A stretch of 63,113 nucleotides of DNA, filler included, from Octopus bimaculoides (lineage: Eukaryota): assembly GCF_001194135.2 (NCBI RefSeq). It is 5 parts of 5 records of this genome, joined end to end, with 100 filler letters (N's around TTAATTAATTAA, not from the genome) between each part and the next. Parts side by side here need not be neighbours in the genome. Positions count along the whole stretch, not along the records: positions 1 to 19,447 come from NC_068998.1; 4 more parts are not named here. One strand, 5' to 3'. The translations under genes were made by a program, and so were the position numbers. Below are positions 1-13,749 of the stretch, one piece after another; positions within the stretch are counted from its first letter, which is position 1, and every line of letters starts with the position of its first letter. Below the pieces are notes generated by a model. It was not told where the DNA came from. It did no database searches and was given only the letters and a program-made list of their open reading frames with translations.

Positions 1-33
<33 letters not shown>

Positions 34-135
34 CGAATGTGTGTATATATGCACGTGTGTGTGTATACACAGAGAGGGAGAGACAGAGATTGCTAAAGAT
101 ATATAGAACGTATACATATATACATATAGCGAGAT

Positions 136-182
<47 letters not shown>

Positions 183-226
183 GGGGGAGAGAGAGAGAGG
201 TAGATATAAGTAACATGGTCAGATAC

Positions 227-274
<48 letters not shown>

Positions 275-502
275 AACAAACAGATAGGAGAGCGTAACGG
301 AGAGAGAGGGTGCTTAAAAAAGGCGGATTTGAAAAGATGGCGTGCGTTTTGTTGGGGCGGAGTAAAAACAGCTTTAGTTTCGTAAACCGGTTCGTGCTGA
401 AAAGAGGAGGGGTACTACAATTATTATTATTATTGTTATTACTATTATTATTATTGTTATTGTTATTATTATTATTATTATTATTGTTATTACTATTATT
501 AC

Positions 503-538
<36 letters not shown>

Positions 539-746
539 AGTCGTCGCCATCATCACCATCATCATCATCATCGTCATTGTCATCGTCGTCATTTTTAAAA
601 ACCATTTCATTCTACCATTCTATGTAAATCCCTACACTTTATGTGTGTCTTACTATCGTCCTCCTCATTCCTCGCCCTGGTGGCAAATTAAAAAACCATT
701 ATCATTATTATCATTATCATTATTATTAGTATCATTATTATTATTA

Positions 747-795
<49 letters not shown>

Positions 796-1224
796 TATTA
801 TTATCATTATTATTATTATTGTTATTATTATTATTATTACTTTCTTTTTAATGCACTGTGTTTTCAACACTGTGGTATATCATTATTACTATTATTACTA
901 ATGTTGTTGTTATAATTGTTATCAAATTCTTTATCATCATCATTACTATTAGTATTATTACCATTATTATTGTTGTTGTTGTTACCGTTGTTGCTGTTGT
1001 TATTACGATTACAGTATATACGTTTCCGTGTTGTCCTCCTCGGTGTCATTGGTATGTAGGAAAAAAGATAGAAAAAAAAAATAAATAAACAAGAACAAAC
1101 AGGATATCTCTACTGTGAATATGATTATTGTCATCAATGGTTACAGCAAAAACAAAAAAACAACAACAAAAAAAACGACATGAATAAAATAACATAAAAC
1201 AACAAGAAAAGAAAACCGATAGAC

Positions 1225-1330
1225 TTGTTAAGATGGCGTCAACGTATCAAAAGAAATCACTTCCGCTAATAGTTGCAGGTAGTGGAACCACGTGATTTAC
1301 AGGATTACGTTAATTTAATGCGCATGCGTG
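1225..1330 (+). promoter_or_regulatory. Candidate promoter/enhancer module (YY1, ETS, E-box and NRF1-like motifs)
   Basis: AAGATGGCG at 1230-1238, CACTTCCG at 1258-1265, CACGTG at 1289-1294 and TGCGCATGCG at 1319-1328, all within about 100 bp of unique sequence. Motif matches only. Confidence 0.35.
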
Positions 1331-1513
1331 AATGTGTGTCTTGTGTTGCGTGTATTTCAGTCTATGTCTATATCTTCGTTTTCCTTTTCTTCGTTTGTTT
1401 GGGGTTTTTTTTGTTATTTTTTTGTTTTTTTTCCAATTATTGCGTGTTTTAAAGATCTACTTTGTCGATGACGTAACGATTCTACTGTGGCTTTGATGGT
1501 GATATTTATGATT

Positions 1514-1567
<54 letters not shown>

Positions 1568-1881
1568 ACTGTTGTTGTTCTTCTTCTTCCAAAAGCGGTG
1601 TGTGCGTTTCTATGTGTGTGTCTATGTTCAAAAAAGATTGCGCACAAACATATGCATGTGTAATGTGCCTACGTCACTGTGATGCTTGTGTGTGTATGTG
1701 TATGTGCGTGTGTGTGTGTGTTTGTGTGTTTGTGTGTGTGTAATTGTATATATGGTAAATGTATTTGTTTCTGTCTTTCTGTGTGTGCATATGAACATAC
1801 TGGAAATGTTACACAGCTTTTTAGTGTCTATACATGCATGTTGATGTACATATAAGCGGTTTCACATACATACACACACAC

Positions 1882-1950
1882 AGGCAGGAGTGACTGTGTG
1901 GTAAGTAGCTTGCCTACCAACCACATGGCTCCAGGTTCAGTCCCACTGCG
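1882..1950 (+). mobile_element. tRNA-derived SINE family B, head only
   Basis: ggcaggagtgactgtgtggtaagtagcttgcctaccaaccacatggctccaggttcagtcccactgcg, with A-box- and B-box-like motifs. It matches the copies at 9497, 26072, 32196 and 59261. Confidence 0.8.
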
Positions 1951-1960
1951 TATATATGTA

Positions 1961-2044
<84 letters not shown>

Positions 2045-2573
2045 GGGATTAACAGATATTTACTCATTCTTTCTTTCTTTCACTTTTCTCTTCCTTTTCC
2101 TTTACTTTCTCTTTTACCACAATCTCGTACTCTCTCTCCGCTCCACCCCTCCTCCTTTCCACCCTTGCTCTCTCTCTCTCTCTCTCACTCCTTCTCCCCA
2201 CACACACTCTTTATCACGCTGACAAATTAATTCTCTCACTCTCATCTACGGTGTACATCTGTCAACTTTGTCAACTATTATACTCTATGTTGACTAGAAA
2301 GGTGACGTGTGGCGCCACCTACCCTAAACAATTTCACCATTGTCATCATCATCATCATCATCATCGTCATCAACACAGCTAGCGCGCTCCTGGTCGTCAT
2401 GTCGATGTCATCATCACCCCCACCACACCGTCATCACTGTTGACACATTGGCGGTGGCAGCGATAGTGGCGTGTTTCACCCACACCGCCTTATATACGTC
2501 ATTTATCACCAACAGCTAATACAAGAACGTACAACACGTCTCATGTAATAATAATAATAATAATAATAATAAC

Positions 2574-2614
<41 letters not shown>

Positions 2615-2624
2615 AAATAATGAT

Positions 2625-2842
2625 AATCCTTTCTAGTATAGGCACAGGGCCAGAAATTTGGGGTGAGGAGATAAGCTTTTTTTTACATTGACACCAGTGC
2701 GTAACTGGTACTTAATTTATCGAAACCGGAAAGGATGAAAGGTAAAGTCTACCTCGACAGAATTTGAACTCGTGGACGTAAAGACGGACGAAATGTCGCG
2801 AAGATTTTGCCCGGCTCTCTATCGATTCTGCCAGCTCACTAA
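2625..2842 (-). mobile_element. tRNA-derived SINE family A
   Basis: Reverse complement of the family seen at 30950-31168 (B box gagttcaaatt, body aagtacc...gtcgat, 3' end gccttgtgccta.agtagaaa). It abuts an (AAT)n array. Confidence 0.85.
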
Positions 2843-2864
2843 ATTAATAGAACTACTATTACCT

Positions 2865-2933
<69 letters not shown>

Positions 2934-2934
2934 T

Positions 2935-3330
2935 ATAACATCTCTATATTATATTCATTTGCATTACATTGTGCTACGCCAAGATACCATATAGGCCATG
3001 TTGTCCCTATATAGAACACCAACATGTTCTATATATCCCCTTATCAATCACTAACATGATCTATATACGCCCTATTACTCTATACACCTCCTCATCAATC
3101 TATATACCCACATTAACGTCCCTAACAACGAAGACATTTCACGGACTTTGGGGCTGTGCGTGATTCCCCTTATTCTGGTTTGATAGATATTTTTAACCTT
3201 CACCTTAGCCAGGGAAAGAAGTGTGGGGACGAGAGAATAGGGACTTAATTCGTGACTGTTGTGTGTGGTATGGGGGAGGGACAACATAGAACACACAGAT
3301 TTGTCTATACGTAGCAAACCTATACACACG
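2935..3330 (-). mobile_element. Degenerate 3' end of an L1/Tx1-like LINE
   Basis: The minus frame reads LLSLAKVKVKNIYQTR, resembling the LLxLAKxxIYxTR C-terminal motif of Tx1-type ORF2. A UTR-like stretch then runs into a (TAG)n array. Confidence 0.35.
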
Positions 3331-4446
3331 CACTTAGGTATACATATATATACATATATATATACATTCATACACAGTAACTGTTTCACGTCAACCAAGA
3401 AACATAGACAGGTATAATATACACACGAGTATATATTCGTCAAAGGTGAGCATTTACACAGAAAATACTTGGAAAAAGAACAAATCGCATGTAATGATAG
3501 ATTGACATATACGCAGACAGACATAATATACTATATGTTGTACGCAAACCAATTTACAATAATAAATACATATAACATATATTAAAATGGCGCCCGTAAA
3601 GAAATAAAAAGTACATATGTGACCGCGCACGCGCGCGCGCATGTGTGTGTGTGTATGAGTCTGTGTCAGTATCTGTGTCTGTGTGTCTGTACGTGTGTGT
3701 ATTGCTATAAATAGAAATGCACACGCACGGGCACACATACATACACGGGCACACACTCCGACGTACATACGTCCTTCTCACACATATAACGATATGTGCA
3801 CACACATACAAAGGCACAAGTACAAAAATTATTGTACATATGCATATTCAAACGCACACGTGCATATAAAGGAGTAAAGAAAGTTTTACCTAGACGCACG
3901 CTTATGCATATGTACGGGCACATAAAGTTGTGTAAGCCAATTAATAAATGAAAAATCAAAAGAACAGAAATTACGTAATTTTTTCATTACTTTACAGCTG
4001 TTTCGAGTATAAAGAACCTTGCTCGCTGAGTTGAGTACCAGTGCAACATGTCACAGCTTCTTCAGAACAATTTCAATGAAATGTTTCAGTACCGACCATC
4101 TATTTCATTTCAGAGTGGAACAAGAAACCTTCACATTTCGCTGGTTGATAAAAATATCAACAGGAAACAACACGTTACGCCCCGGCCAAAATCATAATGG
4201 TAACTCCAAAAAAATCAAACGGTAAAATATTAGCTACATGGAAACACCGTTATCATCAGTTTATCTTTATTAATGTTACGGAAAAAATTGAGTGACATCT
4301 GAGAGGTTTTTTGGCTTCACCCTGTATAACAATCTGGAGCTGAGGACGTCAGATGCTTCACATATCTTCACTACCGCATTTTGCCTATATATAGGCGGAA
4401 TGGTCACAATTGAAGCGTCTTTGTCCAATCCCTCAAATTTGGCCCT

Positions 4447-5010
4447 TCACCATCACCACCACCACCACCATCAGCACCATCATCATCACGACCACCACCA
4501 CCATCACCACCACCATCACCACCATCACCATCACCACCACCACCACCATCACCACCACCACCACAACCACCACCATCACCACCATCATCGTCATCACCAC
4601 CACCATCACCACCACCACCACCACTACTACCACCACTACAACCACCATCATCACCATCACCAGNNNNNNNNNNNNNNNNNNNNNNNNNNNNNNNNNNNNN
4701 NNNNNNNNNNNNNNNNNNNNNNNNNNNNNNNNNNNNNNNNNNNNNNNNNNNNNNNNNNNNNNNNNNNNNNNNNNNNNNNNNNNNNNNNNNNNNNNNNNNN
4801 NNNNNNNNNNNNNNNNNNNNNNNNNNNNNNNNNNNNNNNNNAATGCAACCATCAACAAAACGAACACCAACAACACTACCACCACCACCTCCACCATCAC
4901 AGTCATTACTAATTCCAGCACCACGACCACCACAAGAGCCACCACCACCACCACCACCACCATCAACACAAGTTCCACCGACACAACCACCAACACCACC
5001 GCAGATAACA
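4447..5010. repeat. (CAC/CAT)n compound microsatellite with an internal gap
   Basis: Direct reading. It is the source of the spurious poly-His, poly-Thr and poly-Gly ORFs. Confidence 0.95.
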
Positions 5011-5277
5011 ACAGCAGAACAATCGATGTCCAAACGAGCAGCGGTCCATTAGCCGAAACGACATGTCGTGTCACATGACCTCATGTCACAAAATGGCGCG
5101 CGTTAATCGAATGCCAATGACTGTATGTAGTAAAGGTTCCCTGACTAATTTAATGTGTGGGGTGAGTGTGTGCGTGTGTGTGTATGTGCGTGTATGTATG
5201 CATGTGTGTATGTGTAATATATAAACAGATATGTGTGTGATTGTGTGTCTGTGTGTGTTTGTGTATATGTGTAAACG

Positions 5278-5311
<34 letters not shown>

Positions 5312-5349
5312 GTGTATGTATATATATATATATGTATATATATATATAG

Positions 5350-5414
<65 letters not shown>

Positions 5415-5734
5415 GCGTGAATATGCATATATGTGTATGTATATGATGGTGTGTTTATTATTTGTTGAGTTTACGGTTGGTGATGCAGAGAGGTCGCTTC
5501 TTGTCCATACATTGCCTGCTCATTGCATTTTCCAGTGGCTTCCGGTTCCAGGCTGTCAGCAGAGTAATAGAAACGGACGCAACTGAGGCCGCAGATACGC
5601 ATACACATACCACGCATAAATAAGCGCATACACACACACACACACACACAATGACACGTGCAGAGTCATACGGATATATTCACATTCACAGATCCATGCA
5701 GGCATACACATTACACATGCATTTTCATAGTCTA

Positions 5735-5775
<41 letters not shown>

Positions 5776-6414
5776 NNNNNNNNNNNNNNNNNNNNNNNNN
5801 NNNNNNNNNNNNNNNNNNNNNNNNNNNNNNNNNNNNNNNNNNNNNNNNNNNNNNNNNNNNNNNNNNNNNNNNNNNNNNNNNNNNNNNNNNNNNNNNNNNN
5901 NNNNNNNNNNNNNNNNNNNNNNNNNNNNNNNNNNNNNNNNNNNNNNNNNNNNNNNNNNNNNNNNNNNNNNNNNNNNNNNNNNNNNNNNNNNNNNNNNNNN
6001 NNNNNNNNNNNNNNNNNNNNNNNNNNNNNNNNNNNNNNNNNNNNNNNNNNNNNNNNNNNNNNNNNNNNNNNNNNNNNNNNNNNNNNNNNNNNNNNNNNNN
6101 NNNNNNNNNNNNNNNNNNNNNNNNNNNNNNNNNNNNNNNNNNNNNNNNNNNNNNNNNNNNNNNNNNNNNNNNNNNNNNNNNNNNNNNNNNNNNNNNNNNN
6201 NNNNNNNNNNNNNNNNNNNNNNNNNNNNNNNNNNNNNNNNNNNNNNNNNNNNNNNNNNNNNNNNNNNNNNNNNNNNNNNNNNNNNNCATATACGTATATA
6301 TATTTACATGTGTATATATTAATATATATATGTAGATACATACACAAATGCGTATATCTCTATATATGTGTGTGTGTGTGTAATTATATACATATATATG
6401 TGTAATTATAAATA

Positions 6415-6457
<43 letters not shown>

Positions 6458-7015
6458 GTACGTATGTATGTATGTATGTATGTATGTATGTATGTATATA
6501 TGTATGTATGTATATGTGTGTGTGTGTATGTGTGTCTACATATATCCTTAGATATGTGTGTGCTCGTCAGTGGCACTCGTGGCATTCGCGCATATAATGT
6601 TCGCTGGTCATTTGAGAAGAAAGAGAGCGGACAAGGAAGAAATAAAACATCAGAAAAAAATAACCAAAAACAAAAACACAACAAAATGGCAACAAAATAC
6701 AAACCAACATAAAACAAAAAAATAAGCAAATAACAACAGAACAATAAATAAAAAAAAAGCAATAAATAAATAAATAAATAAATTTCCCAACTGTAATGAA
6801 AAGGAATCTGTGTCCGAGATTGACCAATACAAGTCTGTCTCTATGGAATATTCGAGAGCAGTTGTTCCTGTATTAGATGGCCGCTAATGGGCAATATATT
6901 CCATTAAGTGGCACCACAAACGAGAGACCCGTATGTGAAATGCTCGGCTCAAACTTTACTTAAGTCCTTCTTAACAGACGCAAAAATCTGGTTGGTAGCT
7001 GGCAAAGAGTATTGT

Positions 7016-7091
<76 letters not shown>

Positions 7092-7227
7092 AAAGGGTGA
7101 CAAAGACAAGGATATAAAATGAGACAGGAACACAGGGAGAGACATAGAGAGAGAGAGGGGGGAGAGTGAGAAATAGAGACGGACAGACAGACAGATCTGG
7201 AGATAGACAGGTAGACAGGTAAAGAGG

Positions 7228-7279
<52 letters not shown>

Positions 7280-7390
7280 CAGACAAGCAGAGAGATGGAC
7301 ACATTGATAGGTAGATAGATAGATAGCTAGATAGATACATACATACATACATGCACACATACATACACACATACTCTGATAAATATGTAC

Positions 7391-7425
<35 letters not shown>

Positions 7426-7428
7426 TAA

Positions 7429-7511
<83 letters not shown>

Positions 7512-8330
7512 TAAATTCATCATATATATATATATTTATATATACATATATACATACGCACGCGCTTGCGTGTGTGAACGTGCAAGCGTGCCTGCGTGTG
7601 TGCGTGCGAGCGTGCGTGCGAGCGTGCGTGCGCATGTGCGATGAAACTCCAGCGAACGTCAAAACACGAACACTGCCGTCCATCATTTTTCCCATCTTAC
7701 AGAAAAACAAGTATGTCATGATCGTATGTCGAGTTTCTAACTTCCCCTATATTCCTATATAAGATCATCTCTATTTCAACCCTCACCGGTCAATGGTTAG
7801 CTGAACCCGTAATATTCTGGCTATTTCTGTTCAATTTTAATTATATTAATTTATGTATGCTAATCATGTAATTATGGACCTAATGATTAAGGATGTTTAT
7901 TCCTTATGAAACAGGTGTTGATAATAATGGATTTAAAATCAATCGATAAAATTTATATATATATCTATATATATAAAATCTATCGATAAAGTTTATATAT
8001 ATCTATATATAATTCTTTAAATTCCTTAAAGTGTTTCAGCTTTAGGGCTGCGGTCATGTTGGAGCACCAACATTGGGCACCACGGATTTCAAGTTCATGT
8101 TAATATCAACCAGGGCCTGTTCCACGACAGTCACTATTTCTACAGCAGTCACAACTACCACTACTACAACCACTAATACCTGTACTACCACCCTCACTAT
8201 TATCCCACTACTACCATCACATTTATAATCACAAATGCTACAACGAATACTTGCAATGCCATGACCACCTCTACTGCCACCGCTACTGGAAATTTCCTGG
8301 CAACCACTACAAACTGTATATCAGCAATCG

Positions 8331-8483
8331 TTTCTACTATAGGCACAAGGCTTGAAATTTCGGGTGAGGGGACTAGTCGATTACATCGATTCCAGTGTAT
8401 CACTGGTACTTAATTTATCGCCCTCGAATGGATGAAAGGCAAAGTCGATCTCGGCGGGATTTGAACTCAGAACGTGAAGACAC
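8331..8483 (-). mobile_element. SINE family A, 5'-truncated
   Basis: tttctactataggcacaagg...gcgggatttgaactcagaacgt matches family A. Confidence 0.85.
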
Positions 8484-8886
8484 AGCTTATCATCAATACC
8501 ACCACTATCTCCATCACGGCGTTTACTCTTACCGCTACCACTAAAATAGATACTATCACATGAACACCAGTCACCATCACCATCGGCAGCATCACGACAA
8601 TTATTGTCACTTCCATCACCACCACCACCACTACCATTAGCGATAGTATCTTTTACATCACTACTCAGGCATCAACAGAGACTGAAAGAAGGACATTAAT
8701 AAGGCTATGGACTACCACTGGCCTCGCCACTACCAACCATAACAGCAACGACAACAATAAAAACACTCAGATATATATATATATATNNNNNNNNNNNNNN
8801 NNNNNNNNNNNNNNNNNNNNNNNNNNNNNNNNNNNNNNNNNNNNNNNNNNNNNNNNNNNNNNNNNNNNNNNNNNNNNNNNNNNNNN

Positions 8887-8918
<32 letters not shown>

Positions 8919-9447
8919 ACTATTATTATTATTATCATCATCATCATCATCAGAGTTGTTCTTCTCGATTATCACCATCATCATTAACATCAACCCCTTC
9001 GTTATCATTTACAACATCATCAGTATTATCGCCTGCTACAATTTTATTTTTACTAATTTTTTTTAAGAAATATAATTATGAATTTAATGTAACATTTGAA
9101 AAGGAAACAAAATTATTTAATAAAAATTAAAAAAATGAAAAAGACGTAATCCCTTATTGTCATATTTTCATTTCCATTCTGTTTTGCTTTGATTTTTGAT
9201 TTTATTTTTCTCTTTTTTATTCCTTTTTTTCCTTTTCTTATTTGTCTTCAATTTGGTTGGACGACTCAAAGCAAATCCAACAAAAAATAGCAATAATTAA
9301 AAAAAAAACGACAACCAAATTAGAATCAAAATTAAAATTGATTAATTTGATTTGAATTTTAGAATTCTTCAACTTGACTTCTTTAGTTGCAGGGTTAGGT
9401 ATTCTGTTGTTTCTTGGCTGTGTTAATTATTATTACTATTATTATTA

Positions 9448-9496
<49 letters not shown>

Positions 9497-9497
<1 letters not shown>

Positions 9498-9562
9498 GGC
9501 TGTGTGGTAAGTAGCTTGCTTACCAACCACATGGTTCCGGGTTCAATCCCACTATATAGCAC
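9497..9562 (+). mobile_element. SINE family B head, running into a gap
   Basis: ggctgtgtggtaagtagcttgcttaccaaccacatggttccgggttcaatcccact. Confidence 0.85.
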
Positions 9563-10094
9563 NNNNNNNNNNNNNNNNNNNNNNNNNNNNNNNNNNNNNN
9601 NNNNNNNNNNNNNNNNNNNNNNNNNNNNNNNNNNNNNNNNNNNNNNNNNNNNNNNNNNNNNNNNNNNNNNNNNNNNNNNNNNNNNNNNNNNNNNNNNNNN
9701 NNNNNNNNNNNNNNNNNNNNNNNNNNNNNNNNNNNNNNNNNNNNNNNNNNNNNNNNNNNNNNNNNNNNNNNNNNNNNNNNNNNNNNNNNNNNNNNNNNNN
9801 NNNNNNNNNNNNNNNNNNNNNNNNNNNNNNNNNNNNNNNNNNNNNNNNNNNNNNNNNNNNNNNNNNNNNNNNNNNNNNNNNNNNNNNNNNNNNNNNNNNN
9901 NNNNNNNNNNNNNNNNNNNNNNNNNNNNNNNNNNNNNNNNNNNNNNNNNNNNNNNNNNNNNNNNNNNNNNNNNNNNNNNNNNNNNNNNNNNNNNNNNNNN
10001 NNNNNNNNNNNNNNNNNNNNNNNNNNNNNNNNNNNNNNNNNNNNNNNNNNNNNNNNNNNNNNNNNNNNNNNNNNNNNNNNNNNNNNNNNNNNNC

Positions 10095-10141
<47 letters not shown>

Positions 10142-10190
10142 GAATTTCTCTCTCACTCTCTCGCTCTCTCAATCTCTCTCACTCTCAATT

Positions 10191-10232
<42 letters not shown>

Positions 10233-11192
10233 TCTCTCTCTCTCTATCTATCTATCTCTCTCACTGTCTCTCTCTCTTGTCATGATATCACCACTGTATT
10301 CTCTTGACTCTCATTCCTCTCTGGCTCCGCCTCTTTTTCGCTTCAAGTGTGTTTTGGAAAATAATTCACACAAACAATAACACTTGCCCATTAACGCACG
10401 TACACACACACACACACGCACACACACACACACACACATACACACAAACAAACAGACAGACATATGCACACACATTTACACATACATATGCATACAACAA
10501 GTACACACATTCAAACAAATATACACACACACATAACTTCGTAATACATACGTACACAAATGTCTCCGTGTGCATTTCTGTGCGCGTGTATACACACACA
10601 TATACACACACACACATATATACACATATACATATATGTTTAACACTTTGTATGTATGCGTATATGTATATATATATATATGTATGCATGGATAGATGGA
10701 TGTGTGCGTGTATGCACGTATGTATGCATCCGTGTATGTGATGTCTGTCTGTATGTGTCAGCGTGTGTTGTATGTTTGTGTATATTGTGCTGTGCACATC
10801 CAAACCCTATATATCATATCACATACGCGTATACAGAGAGAGAGAAACAAAGAGAGAGACACAGAGAGAGAGAGAGTGTGCGAGAGAGGAACAAGAGACA
10901 GACAGACTGAAAGAAAGAAATGAAGTATTTATAGAGAGAGAGAGAGTAAATGTTTAACAGGAAACGGAAATAGGCGCGGCAACGTGTCGCCTGTGACTCC
11001 ACATCCGTCAAAAAAAGAACCAGAAAACGTCCCTAGAAGCTGGCTTATTTTGACGGGGACGTTACAGTGTTTATTAGAAGGTAGTGCACTTCTCAGCCCT
11101 TAGCTTATCCGTTTTAGAAGGGGCCGGAAGTTAAAAAACAATGAATACAGAGCTATTTTTTTCAGGGTTTGCACAGTTTTAAGTGTTACTCT

Positions 11193-11224
<32 letters not shown>

Positions 11225-11252
11225 GTTTATGCATGTATGTGAGTATACATGA

Positions 11253-11336
<84 letters not shown>

Positions 11337-11745
11337 GTAGATGATATTGACAGATAAAGATGTTGATGTATGTATATATACATGTAGGTATATATATATA
11401 CATATATATATCTGTACATATCAAAATAAGCAACAGGATATCCAGAGGTGATGCAGTACGATCGTTTCAAGCGACTCTATTTAATTGAACAATTCAATCA
11501 TTACATGAATTTGAATGCAGAGCTATCCTCTGCTGCATAAATAAATAGAATTTATTTAATCAGTCGAACATATATATATATATATANNNNNNNNNNNNNN
11601 NNNNNNNNNNNNNNNNNNNNNNNNNNNNNNNNNNNNNNNNNNNNNNNNNNNNNNNNNNNNNNNNNNNNNNNNNNNNNNNNNNNNNNNNNNATATATATAT
11701 GTATATATACATATATAGATTTATATATATGCATACACACACACT

Positions 11746-11796
<51 letters not shown>

Positions 11797-12164
11797 TCAC
11801 ACATATGCATATTATAATATCCCCTATATGTGAAAGTATTAAAAAATAATACATGTGTAGATGCGTGTGTATATGCCTTGTGTATACACATAGAAATGGA
11901 TGCGCGCGCACGTGTATGTGGATGTACTTCTGAGCGCGCGTGTACTTGTGTATGTTTTTTTTTCTAGATATGTGGCAGGGAAACATGCATTATCGTTATA
12001 AGTTTGGACATGCAGAGCCAGTCGTATGCTAGAGAGAGGCGGTTCATTGGAAGTGTGTGTAGATAGATAGAGAGATGGCTGATTAACACTTGAAGATAAT
12101 AGCTTTATATATACACACCTGTTTATACACTCACACATACACACAAACACACAAACACACACAA

Positions 12165-12220
<56 letters not shown>

Positions 12221-12491
12221 TGTACAGGCACATTTACACAAACGCTAACAAATACGTACAATAAGAGAACGTAGACCATCAAATACATGTTCGTATACAA
12301 GCATACACGAACACAAGTATATACATACATACATACATACATACATACATACATACATGCATACAATAAGGAGAATAAAGCACCTGTAGACACCCAGCAC
12401 AAGCGTATAATGTAAACACTTGAAAATTATTAGCCTCAGGTTTGCGCAAGTTCTTTTGAAACATTTTTCTCCTGACACACGTTTCTGCTAT

Positions 12492-12550
<59 letters not shown>

Positions 12551-12951
12551 ACACAAAGCCCGCGCGCATAAACCTACTTCACTCTACCTTTGTTCTGGCG
12601 GTTCGGATTCTGGTTTGCCCTGACAAAGCAAAACCATAATCAAAGACATTCCGACCATGACCACTACGATCAATTGCCAGAACCGTTGACGGATTAGAAA
12701 AATAGCTGCAAATTTTAATTATGGTCCTTTGATCGTTCTACGTTCAAATCTGCCCTAAAACCAACCATACAGTTCATCCTTTACAGGGGCGTTGAAATAA
12801 AGTACCAGTGGTATACGGGGGTAGATTTAATCAACAATGAAAGTGTTTCTTCAAGCCTTTCTCTATTATTAACCCACAGTTTGGTATATTTTCACGATCT
12901 GCCCCGTTAATCTTACGCAAATATATAAATGAATTAATAATTTATGATTTA

Positions 12952-13082
12952 ATTCCGCCGAGGTCGACTTTACCTTTCATCCTTTCGGGGTCGATAAATT
13001 AAGTACCAATTACGTACTGGGGTTGATCTAATCGACTGCCCCCTCCCCCCAAATTTCGAGCCTTGTGCCTAGAGTAGAAAAG
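12952..13082 (+). mobile_element. SINE family A, 5'-truncated, with a 16-bp target-site duplication
   Basis: aataatttatgattta occurs at 12936-12951 and again at 13083-13098, flanking the family A body. Confidence 0.9.
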
Positions 13083-13099
13083 AATAATTTATGATTTAT

Positions 13100-13273
13100 G
13101 CACAAGACTGGCAAATTCGAGGTGAGGATATGCCGACGCCATCGGCTCCAGTACTCTAATTGTACTTTATTAGATTGTAAGACGTAGAGATATGAAAAAC
13201 GATGTACTCCTTATCGGGATTCGATCTCAGTATTTTGTCAGATGCGCTAAAGATTGTTGCCAGCTCACCTCCG
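13100..13273 (-). mobile_element. Old, diverged SINE A-related copy
   Basis: gcacaagac...ccagtactctaattgtacttta...gggattcgatctcag...gttgccagctcacc. The family A landmarks are present but diverged. Confidence 0.6.
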
Positions 13274-13476
13274 TATGATGAAATGTGACAAAAACAATTT
13301 GACATTCAACAGAAGAATTTTTCTTTTAATTATATACTTATATATTATATATTGTGAAATTCAATTTAATTTTAATTTTGATAAATTAAATTAAATTGAA
13401 TTTTTCCCTGTAAATTTGGATTTTTATCCCTAATATTATTATCATAATTATTATACACACACCCACACACACATAC

Positions 13477-13535
<59 letters not shown>

Positions 13536-13749
13536 CGTAGATGTGATTATGTATGTATGATTGTACGTATGTATGTGTGTATATATGTCTGTCTGTGTAT
13601 GTGTATATATGTATGCCTGTATGAATGCGTACATACATTCACACGGAGGTTGATCAGAAGCATTCAACCATTCAGCCATTCAAACCAATAAGATGATGGT
13701 TAGGTTTCACGCGTGGACACATTTGCATTGTCTATTGAAAACAGTCACG

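Noticed and set aside
219-1088. Poly-N/D/L/I ORFs in the ORF track, and all similar poly-His, poly-Tyr/Ile, poly-Cys/Val and X-filled ORFs elsewhere
   Set aside because: They are translations of tri- and dinucleotide microsatellites or of N gaps, with no domain content.
3998-4200. Apparent exon with acceptor tttacAG and donor-like G|GTAACT
   Set aside because: All three frames hit stops soon after the acceptor and there is no recognisable protein. It could be UTR, but nothing supports that.
4292-4440. MTSERFF... as the missing TM3 exon ending in ER
   Set aside because: There is an in-frame stop immediately upstream, no TM3 sequence and no good donor.
7936-8011. Two roughly 38-bp tandem copies containing ATCGAT
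   Set aside because: A simple slippage duplication in AT-rich sequence.
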